A stretch of DNA of 63,826 bases, counting the filler, from Ministeria vibrans ATCC 50519 (taxonomy: Eukaryota; Protista; Filasterea), in NCBI GenBank assembly GCA_943704425.1. It is 7 parts of 7 records of this genome, joined end to end, with 100 filler letters (N's around TTAATTAATTAA, not from the genome) between each part and the next. Parts side by side here need not be neighbours in the genome. Positions count along the whole stretch, not along the records: positions 28,754 to 51,112 come from CALSCP010002553.1; 6 more parts are not named here. One strand, given 5' to 3'. Shown here piece after piece: positions 28,893 through 39,787 of this stretch; position 1 is the stretch's first letter, and each line of letters starts with the position of its first letter. The position numbers and the translations under genes were made by a program. The notes under the pieces are model-generated. The model was not told where the DNA came from and ran no database searches. It saw only the letters and a program-made list of their open reading frames with translations.

Positions 28893-29051
28893 CTGGATGT
28901 GCAGGCGACCGCTCTTGATCGCGTGGACGATTGTTTCGTTGATGTCGACTGCTGTGACCTTACGGCCGGAGCGGGCGAGGATCAGAGCCATGGGCAGGCC
29001 GACGTAGCCGGCACCGACCATGCATACTGAGCTGGCAGCGGAAGAGGGCAT
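28893..29051 (-). CDS. UDP-sugar dehydrogenase (UDP-glucose/GDP-mannose DH family, WecC-like), first exon; truncated by contig end
   Basis: VCMVGAGYVGLPMALILARSGRKVTAVDINETIVHAIKSGRLHIQ followed by a GT donor. Confidence 0.8.
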
Positions 29052-29204
29052 AGTGTAAATTAGGCAGGTGAGAAAATTGTATTGATTATTTTGATCTGAG
29101 TTAGTAGTGGGTGTGATATCTGATTATCTGTGATCTTTCAAGACTTTCATCTTTGCAGTTTGGAACTTTGGATTATATTTGTTAATTGTTTTCATCTTTT
29201 TGTC

Positions 29205-29987
29205 ATGCTTGCACTGCGACGAGTGGCGACGCTGCAGGGGCTTGCCCGCCTCGGTGGACTTGGAGTCTCTTCGCAGCGATATGCCTCAACAACCACAACT
29301 GTCTTTGACATTGGCAGTGAGACTGAATTTACAGACAAGGTAGAGAAGTCACCGGTGCCGGTCATTGTGGACTTTCACGCTGGGTAAGGAGGCAGAACAA
29401 AAAATATACATAAAAAAAGAGAGTGAGAGAAAAAAAAAAAGTTGTTTCATTTTGTTCTTTTCACTCACCTCACCAACAGCACCATTAGCGTGCATACGAT
29501 CAACAAACACGTCGTACATGCGATTGTGCGTGCGTGCACGACGATCATATCGTTCCTTCGTGTCTCATCCCATCTTATTCGTGACAATAGCACATCTCTT
29601 TCCTCTTTCTGTCTCACTTTTCTCATCGATATTCCCTCCACACACGCACACACACAGATGGTGCGGTCCTTGCCGAATGCTCGGACCTCGTCTTGAAAAG
29701 GCGGTTGCAGCAGAAGGTAAACACACACACACACACACACACTGATTCAACTGTGTGTGAAACTGTGTGTGTCTCTCTCTCTTACTGCGACTCGAACCTG
29801 GCACTTAGGTGGTAACATGCGACTTGCGCGAATTGACATCGATGATCTTTCTGAGCTTGCATCGAGATTCAACGTCAGCAGCATTCCCTTTGTGGTGGGC
29901 TATGCGGGCGGCAAACGTGTCGCCGAGTTTCTGGGAAACGTACCGGATCCCAAACTCAACGAGTTTCTCGAGACGCTCAAAAAGTGA
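29205..29987 (+). CDS. TXN2: Mitochondrial thioredoxin, 3 exons
   Basis: Arg-rich presequence MLALRRVATLQGLARLGG; PVIVDFHA|WCGPCRMLGPRL; FNVSSIP. Confidence 0.9.
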
Positions 29988-30132
29988 TTGAGCAGTAGTA
30001 ATGCTTCTTCTCTTATTGTTTGCAATACAATGCAGTGTAAAAGGTTTTTATTTTATTTTTCTAATCTTCGTGTGAACATTGAACAACAAGATCAAGATTA
30101 TTGACGCTCAAAAAGAGATCGAGCAATAGTAA

Positions 30133-30294
30133 TCCTGTGCCTTTGTACATTCTTCTCATGGGTGTATCAGTGGGTCTATGGGCTTCTTTCGGGACATTCT
30201 CGTCTTGAAGTCTACGGCGGAAGTATTGTTTGTATAATGTCTTGTTTTGACATTGAGTACAGCTCTCGATTCTCTTTAAATTTAATTTTCCTAG
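30133..30294 (+). mobile_element. Dispersed ~160-bp repeat, copy 2 (5'-TC ... CTAG-3', inserted at A|T)
   Basis: Interrupts the second copy of a local tandem duplication whose first copy gives the empty site agtaa|tg. Confidence 0.75.
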
Positions 30295-30459
30295 TAGTTT
30301 TCTCTTTTTGATTGCAATACAACGCAGTGTAAAAGGGGGTTTTCTAATCTTCTTGTGAATATTGATTATTGAACAGCAAGAAAATTTTACGCATACGACA
30401 ACTCACACTTTCAATAACACACGCTCTCTCTTTTCATTATATTCTTTTTCTTCTTCTGT

Positions 30460-32248
30460 TTACATGATTTCACCAACATCGAGGGCGTTGGGCTCGGACG
30501 AAACGGGCACCTGGCGAGGCCAAACGCCAAACCCAAGGTCTTCGTGGGTGCGAAGGGCTGCGCGTAGTGCCTCCTCGCTGGGCTCGTCGAGCTGACTGCG
30601 AAACATCTCGTAGACAAGGTTGTTGTTGACCTTGAGCGCCTTGTGGTGGTAGTCGCTGTAGGAGGTGGCGGGTGGAACGCTGCCGGTGCTACTGAGGCGC
30701 TCGTCGTCACCGACGAGGGACTCAGCGTCGCCGCTGAGCAGGCGGCGCATCGAGTCGTGCGCGTCGAGCGCCTGTTGTCTCTCCTCGGCAAGTACTTCGT
30801 TCTCGCGCATGGTCGCCTCCCACTTGAGAATGAACGCCTCAAGGACGAGCGCAATAAAGAGGTTGAGGACAAAGATGACGGCGACGACAAACCACACAAT
30901 GAAGTAAACACGCGTCCACTGGTTCTGCGTGACGATCGCAAACGCATTCATACTAATGTACCAGTTATTGACAATCATCTGTTCCCACAGAACGACCATG
31001 GCCTGCGGCAGATTGTCAAAGTTGTTGCGGTAAAACTCGCCGCCGATGTAGTCGGCGTCGTTCAAGAGGAGCGGATTAGTGCCGTTGTGGTAGCTGTTGA
31101 GCGTCTTGTACGCAAACATGTCCATGCCAACGACGGAAAAGAAGTAGTAAAAGATGATGACAAAGCCGGCGAAGATGCGCAGCGACATGAGGATGTTAAG
31201 CAAGATGATGGCAACGCCGCGGAAGCGCTGGACCTGGGGGACGACGCGGAAGAGACGCAGCACAAAGAGCATGTTCAGAATGCGGCCCCACGTCCAGTCG
31301 CTCTCGGAAGGGTCGGGCAGAAGGTGCGCAGCAAACTCGACGAAGACGAGGGCGACGACGACGGCCAAATCGACCACGTTGAACCAGTTTGTGGTGAGAT
31401 AGCGCACAAAGCCCTTGCCGACAATGCGCAGGATGAGCTCGATGACAAAGATGACGATAAAGATGGCGTTGAGAATGGGAAAGACGGAGTCGCGCGAGCC
31501 GTCCGGCTGACCCGGCGGCCCAATGGCAATGGCGACAATAATGGCGTTGGCGAGAATGAGAAAGTTGGTGGTCCAGTAGAAAAGCTTGTTCTTGACAATG
31601 CGGCGGATGGCGAGGCGGAAGCGGCTGTTGCGCAGCAAGTGGATGGTGGCGGCGCGGTCGCGCTGTTCGCTGGACGACGTCTCACTTTCGTCGATGTGGT
31701 AGCCAAGCAGATCGAACATGGCGTTGTACTGGGTAACGGTGACGTGCTGGCTCTGAAGCGATGCCAGGTAATCGTCCATGTATGGGAGGTAGTTGCGGGG
31801 CAGCCGCATGAGACGTGTGACGCGGACCACCGTCGACATGGACACCGTCTCGGTGGGGTACACGCCGACGCCATTGGAGGCGTCCGTCGACGCCATTGAG
31901 ACAACGCCGCTCATGGAGCCGTCGGTGGCCGGGTCAGTGACCACGATAGGCCCCGGTGCAATGCGCCGCAGACACGCAAAGCTGGCGCGGATGCCCAGAC
32001 GGCGACGAATAAACGTAGTCTGCATCGAGTTGCGCAGGTGGTCGCGAAACTCGTTGTAGATGACAGCCGTAAGCAGGTTCATGAAAAGGTACAAGCCGAC
32101 GGCAAGGTACACAAAGAAAAACAGAAAGTACCTGAATTTTTGAAATAATAATTAGTATTGGTGTGTCCCTGCTTGTGCACGTGTGTGTCTTGTGAAAGCG
32201 CGTTTGTCTCTCTCATTGAATCTATCTCCACCTTCAAGTATGTATGTA

Positions 32249-32286
<38 letters not shown>

Positions 32287-33080
32287 CCATAAAATACGAA
32301 ACGTGTCTCTTAGATGTGCGATTTCGTTTGGAACTCCCGAAGAGGGTCGCGAATGGTTTCTGGCACTGCAGCTCAACACTCGAACAGTCGATCATGCTCA
32401 CTTGGCAAACGTGCACTAATCAAAACAAAACACACATGCACATACTCGTCCATTTACTCATTCACATATGTTTTGTTTTGTTTTGTCGGGGGAGTAGAAG
32501 CGCAAACATGACATTCCGCGGAATTTTGATGGAGAATTCATCAAAGTACATACGACAATCAAAGAGAGTGAAAATGATAGTATTATCCTCATTTCAATTA
32601 TTGTTGTCCTCTCTCCTCTTTCTCTCTATCTATCACTTTTGTTTTCTTCACTCTCTATCACTTTGATTCTTTCACTCTATCATTTTGTTTCCCTCTATTA
32701 CTTTGTTTTCTTTTTCTCTATTACTTTTTATCTTTCTCCCTTCTCTCTGTCTGTCTGTCTGTCTGCCTTGGATTCAGGTCGGTTGGATATGTGAGTTGTC
32801 GCGCGACAATCAAACGTGGAAGTGGGGTTACATTGCGCTGTCCAATTTTGACATGAACTTTTACAATTGCGCTCCGGTACGCAACAAAGGCCATATAAAA
32901 AACATGAAATTCAATTTTGAGCAATATTTAGGGAACGGAAGAAGAGTTTAACGATCCGTTTTTGAGTATTCCATTGTTGCACATTCGAGCGCGTCTGATT
33001 GCGCCGTCTGAGCGAAAGTACGTTGAGTGCGAGCGAGGCAGAGAGAGAGAGAGAGAGGAGGGAGAGAGAAAGAAACAAAG

Positions 33081-33157
<77 letters not shown>

Positions 33158-36100
33158 GAGAGAGAAAGGAGGGAGCAAGAAACAAAGTGATAGAGAGAGA
33201 GAAACAAAGTGATAGAGAGAGAGAGAGAGAGTGAGAGAGAGAGAGAAAGGAGGGAGCAAGAAACAAAGTGATAGAGAGAAAGAAACAAAGTGATAGAGGG
33301 AGAGAAACAGAGTGATAGAGGGAGTGAGATGCACTATGTTTCCCCCCAGCGAAATCTCCATTCAACTACCCCACCTGCCATGGCTGTTTCGGACGCAACA
33401 GCGTTGCCATACACACTGCTCGTTTGTGCGCCTTCAATTTGCGCACAGTGCGGCGGGTGGTTGTATCGAACACCACGACAGCGCCCGTGTCGTCGCACAC
33501 GGCAAGCTTGGCCTTGTTGCGCGCCAAGGAGAAGGCATTGATCTCGTCATCGGCAACAGACTCACTCCACAGTGCTGAGCTCATGTTGCGTACATCCCAC
33601 TGGTGCACGGTGGTGCCCGTCGTGGCGTACAAATGCGGCGGCGCAAGCGAGACAGTTGAGACTACGCAATAAACACACAAGGTATGAGTCTGATGCGCTG
33701 ATCGGTGTTGTGCTACGGGGGGCATGGAGTACCATCAACCCCGACACTGCCGTCGCGCGGTGCGGCACACAGAGCGTCCGACTGCAACACACACGAACCG
33801 GGTGCGACGCGATCATCCCACACGGACAGTCGCCCGCCACTATCCCCCGCCGCCACAAGCGATCCGGTAGCGTCCACACACAGAAGTTCCTTGCACGCTG
33901 GGTTAACCAGTGCCTCTAGCTCGATCATTTTGAAAGAATACGAAACTAATTATTTTGATATTGGAAAAATCACTCAAGGGAATTATCGACACCAACTCCG
34001 AATTCCTTAGTCCGAAGGGATTAGAGAGCAGGGCGGAGACCAGAGATTCAAGAGTCTAGATTGAGATTCAAGATAAGGTTTCTTCCTTTCTGACTGACAG
34101 GGCATTGAGGGCAAAGTTCAAACTCAATTTTCTCTGATTCTCTCAGGACTCAGTAGTCTTTTTATTCCAAATCTGACGTCGGACTCTCGAGCCCGATACC
34201 AAAATGTCTCGTTCGCGTCGCCGGAGCAATTCGTTTCGCGGCGAATCCATGCACGACTCGATGCGCGGTGCGTGTGACGTGATCGCGGCGGCAGCGGCAA
34301 GCGGCAACACGGACGGCAGTCAAGCGGCCTCTTCGGCGCCGTCCGTCGTCGTGTCGCCGGGCGCGTCGAGCCTCAGTCTTGCAGCGGCGTCTGGGGCGAG
34401 CGCGGGCGACGGGTCGCTCGTCGCAAACACAGTGGGCTGGACGTCGTCTGGGAGCGTCAGAAGGCCTCCAGGGGCCCCTCCGCTCTCGCAGCTGACCATC
34501 AAGGATGTGGTGCGCAAGCGCAACCAGGTCCTCAAGCTGCCCCCTCCAACCGTCGAGGAAACAGCCGAGTTCTTCTCACTTGTCGACATTTACATCACAG
34601 ATGATCTCTTGAAAACCAGCCGTTTTTGGTACGAGCCCGCCTCTCTCTGACCCCCCCATTGCCTTGCTACGTACATACCACACTTCTTTCATCTGTGCGC
34701 CGCGCCATTCTTCTCACTTTTATCGACTGCTCTTTTATTTTTTACTTTCATTATTATTATTATTAATTTTTTTTTTTCAAAAAAAATCTCTCGATTGTTC
34801 TGCGCGCCCCTCGCCCGTTCCCCTAGTCCTCGTGCGAAGCACCCATTCCAATGCGCTCTATTTGTGCATTCTGGTTCCTCTTTTTTGTTTTATTCTTGTT
34901 TCGCACTCTTCTTTTGTTTGAGTGGGTACCAAGATCTGATCTGTGTTCTTCCTCTGATAGCAACGACGCCGAATACGAGGCGACCAGGAGACAAATTACC
35001 GACTTGGCGGTGCGCATTCACGCCGAGTATCAACGCAAAGAGGAGAATTCGGCAAAGCTGAGCGAGTCGGAGTTTGCGCTTAAGGCTATTGTGGACGATG
35101 TCATTTCGCGTCTCATGCTGCGCGATCAGGTAGCAGCGCAAAAAGGAGGGCAAGTGTGAGAAACTGTTTGAGTTGACCCTGTGAGTGTTTGTGTGTGTCA
35201 GTATGTGTGTGCGTGTGTTTGTGTGTGTGTGTGACACTCTCACAGAGAGACAGAGTAAGAGAGAGTGAGTGAAATCATGGATTGAGTTGTACATTAAAAC
35301 TTTATATTAATATCCACACCAAATTTAGTGAGTATAATTTACACTGTCTTCATTTATTCGGATGGGGAATTGGTGGGTGACGCACACGTGGACGAGATGG
35401 GCGAATCAAGGGAATCTATCGAGTCCCGTAATGCCGTGTCAGGGTGTGTGTGGACGACGCGGCGTTGCCGTAGGCCGCGCAGACTGCTCGATGTGCTCAG
35501 TGCGGGCGATACTGGCGGATGAAGACTCCCAAGCGCACTGTGTTCCTTGTCCACAAAGCTCTGTGGCGACTTGTCCATCGTTTTTCTTGTCTCCACTGTC
35601 TCGTCTCTCTTCTCCAGTCTCTCTCCCGTCAATTCCACTGTCTCGTCCCTCGTCTCCACTGTCTCGTCCCTTGTCTTCACTACCTCGTCCCTCGACTCCA
35701 CTGTCTCGTCCCTTGTCTCCACTGTCTCGTCTCTCGTCTCCACTGTCTCGTCCCTCGTCTCCACTGTCTCGTCCCTCGTCTTCGCTATCTCGTCCCCTTC
35801 CTCCTCTCCTTCCTCTTCCTCCCACTCGGCATCAATCTCTGGACTGCTCCCTTGCACTCGGATTACAGGTGCGCTACTGCGACGCCGGTACCGACGAAAT
35901 CCTCGCTGGATCACTTGTGCAGCATTGTTGGCACGACGCTCCCCTTCTCTCATGAACGGGCGCGGTGTGTTGCGCCGGCGCAAATGGCGACGCACGGTGG
36001 TCTGGATCACTCGAGCAGCAGCATCTGCACTGGCAAACCCAACGCGTGACGTATCACATGTCGTAGCACATGTCGCATTCCCTTGTGGCTTGCATGCAGT

Positions 36101-39100
36101 CGTGATTGGCGGCGTCATGGTGTCCCGATCAACTTCCCATTGCGGCCTCTTGTGATCTTCCACCTTTTCCGCACCTTCTTGATTCGAGTGCTTCTTGAGT
36201 CGACGAAATCGCAGTTGGATCAGACGGGCAGCGGCCTCCATCTCGACCTCCTCCTCGGCCGCGTTAGCTAATCGCGACACCCTGTTCTCTTCCATTTCAC
36301 ACGTGCACCCGCCGTCATTCGCTTGCTCCCCAGCCACTTTCTGCCCTCCCGCCTCAGCGTGCGTCTGCTCTGCTTCGTGTTGCCGTCGGGCCTGATGCCG
36401 CCTTACACACCGCTGTACCGTCGTGGCCGCCCACTGCCGGCGCTCTTCTTCGCTTCCAGTTATTGACTCTTGCGCGTCGCCTCCCTGACTTTCATCAAAG
36501 ACATTGTCATCCTCTGCAATATCTGACTCTGCCACTACCGAGAGTCGCCCCAACGCATTTACGTGACTGGCCAAGTGCTCAGGCATGTGCAGCCCGTCGG
36601 CCGCCGACTCGGAATCCCGCTGAGTCTCCTCCAGCCCCACTCCAGCAGTCGTGTCGTCCCACTCACCGCAAGCTGCGCTACTCTCCACTGGTGATGATGT
36701 GGGCGCACGAGTAGGAAAAGACCTGAGTGTGCCGTCTGTTGCAGTGACAGACGTAGAAGGGGAGGTATTAGCACTGCTGGTCTGCTTCGCCGCCTCGTCG
36801 CGCAAGCGCTGCAGCAAGAGCTTCTCACGGTACGACATGGTCGGCGTGAACATCAATTTCACTGCAGGTACATGACTATGCTGTGTTGACGCCAGACTCC
36901 GAGAAGCACCACATGCCTCGCTCAAGGACGTCGCGCCTTGCGTCGTGACCCTCGCGCTCTTTGCTGACGCCTGCGTCTCACTTGAAATACCAGAAACACG
37001 CGATGCCTCGAGCGCCTCAAAAAACTCCGCGTGGCCCGCCGCCTCGTCAGATGTCTCACAGCGATCGCGCTCGAGCTCCTGCAACTGTCCTGTGTCACTC
37101 TCGTCATGAGTCGCCTCTGTTGCAATCGACACTGTCTTCGTCTGTTGTTGCTGTCCATGTGCTACTGCAGGTTTAGACACAGTTTCGCCGCGCCATGCAG
37201 CAACAGCCGCTTGAAACTCCTGTCGTGCCTTCTCTTCGTCGTACGTTCCCTCAAACAACGAATCCGAATGGCGTGAAACTTCATCTGGCGCTCTATTCGC
37301 CAATGTGCTCTCGCGATCGCAATGAGTCGCGCTCTCCTCCACGCGCGAAGCGGCGACATGAAACATACGCATACGCGTGCGCGTCGGGGAGGCAACTGCA
37401 GGTACCCTAGACGACGTTGACGTATAAGTCGACGTGGAGCGAACAGGCTCGCGCGTCTGCTCGTCGGATGTGCGCACTAGAGGTGGCAGACGTGTTTGGG
37501 CGGAGACTGCATGCACACTAGCCGACACGTCGACTTGACCTTTGCCACGAACTATTCGTCGTAAATCATCCCGGCGCTTCGCATCGTGACGGCGTGACGC
37601 GCGTAGCACTTCGGCGGCGTAGCGAGTGACAGGGCCCGGCTGCGCGGAACGCCACTTCGCACGCATCTGCGCCCGTCGCGCCCGCTCCGCATCCATCTCA
37701 ACACGCAGTTGTTCGAGTTGCTGTTCCATGCGAGCATTGTCGCGTTCCAGTCGAGAAGACGGAGCGACAGTTCGTCTACAAAGCAAACTGATGTTGTTCT
37801 CCTTGGCAACCTTCAAAACAAAAGGCATACTTGACTTCGCCGTGGCGCAGAGGCTGCCCCAGTTGCCCTGTGGAGGCTGCTTTCGAATGATTTTCACTCG
37901 CGCGAGATGTTTTTGACGACATTCGTCGACTCATTCAGAAACTGTGAAACGAGAAGAATTTTGAATAAAATTGACAGTTCAGTGATCACTGATCACAAGT
38001 TACAAGTCACAAGAATTGTTTTGGAGAAGTGTGTTGCATTGGTGGCAATTGATACTCTAGTATGCACTATGCCCACTTGGACCTTGATTAAGAAACATGC
38101 TCGTTGGCAATCCAATATGAATATCAAGTGAGAAAGCTTTTATTACAGAAGAACGTGTGTGAGCGGGCATTGTGTCACTTCGACTCCTTCTCCTCATCTT
38201 TCCCATCTGTCTGCTTGGTGGCAGTAGTATCGGCAAGACGCGACGCTGCAACCTCACGCACACGGTATCCATTGACAGCAGCGGCAATTTTCTCGTGGGC
38301 TTCCATAGGAGTTGACGTTTGCGTAAAGTATGTCTCAAACTTGCCATCGGGATTGAGCAGATATGTAATGATGGTGTGGTCCACCAAGTAGTCATCGGGA
38401 TCCTCATCGTCAGCTAAAACACATACCGTGTGTGAGAGAGAGAGGAGAGAGAGGTGGTGTGTGTGTGTGTTCGTGTGTGTGTGTGCAAGTGTATGTACAT
38501 AAGAATGTATGTACATAAGAATGTATGTACATAAGAATACATGTGCATAAGAATGTATGTACATAAGAATACATGTGCATAAGAATGTATGTACATAAGA
38601 ATACATGTGCATAAGAATGTATGTACATAAGGATGTGAAAGTGTATAAGGATGTGTGAGATGGGGAAAAGAACGAATGGACACGACGTGCGTACCGGGGC
38701 TCTTGCTGTGGTACACGCGGTAGCCCTTGCACACGGCCGCAATGGACTCTTCGTCGCCGCTCAGTCCAATCATTTTAGGATGGAATTCTAAGGAAACTGT
38801 GACTGACAAAGGCACAAACAGGTTGTCAGGACCTACCTTTCACGTACGCTTCGACAATCTTTGGTGTGTCGCGCTGTGGATCAATCGTAATGAAAAGAGG
38901 CTGCACCTCAACGCCAATACTCTTGTCGGCAGCCACTGAGTTGGTCACGTCGGCAATCTTCTCGAGTTCGTCGGGACACACGTCGGGGCAGTGCGTGAAG
39001 CCAAAGTAGAGGATGACCCAGCGGCCGCGGAAGTCCTCGTCCGACACCTTCTGGCCGTCGCTTCCAATCAGCGTGAAGGGAACGCCAATGCGCGCCTCAC

Positions 39101-39724
39101 CATGCGACTGTATTTGCTTCTGGCGCTTGTCCTCTAGACAGCGCAAAGACTGTGTGTGATCGGAGTGATCTCTGCTTCGCGCAACTAAATCATCGCACTT
39201 ACGTTCCTTGAGCTTCTCCTTTTCGATTCGAACCCACGCTACGGCAGCCATGACTGGCAGCGTCATGAATAGTAAGGTCTTCCAGGAGATGGGCTGCAAC
39301 ACACGGACGTTTGTGGAGAGGTAAGACACACACAGAGAATGATTGATGAATGTACCGACGACAGATGCGGATTGATCTTCTGCTGTCCGCTCGGATCTGC
39401 GGCTCTAGCGCGCGTCGTGGACACATACCGACGTTGACAGAGTACACGTGGTCGTGGTGTCAGACGCAATGCCAACTGACGCCACAACAGGCGTGCACCA
39501 GCACGGTGCAGCGGCAGACGAAACATAATACTGAATAATTTCAATTCGTTTCAGTTTTGATCAGTCGGTCGCTGACACCTTTCACTAATTCACTCCTTTG
39601 TCTCTTTATCCACTACAGTAATATATATATAAGGTAACGCCAGCGTCGCCGAGACCCCGTTCCCTCCCTGGGCCAATGTTATGCCGTCTGTGTGTCTCGC
39701 TCTCTCTCTTGTCTCCATCTCTCT

Positions 39725-39787
<63 letters not shown>

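Noticed and set aside
29657-29675. Possible selenocysteine or stop recoding in thioredoxin
   Set aside because: The active site is ordinary WCGPC; frame breaks across the window are explained by introns.
30643-31899. Long antisense ORFs (418 aa here; also 9411-10433, 19412-20251)
   Set aside because: Shadows of GC-rich coding exons on the opposite strand with no recognisable motifs.
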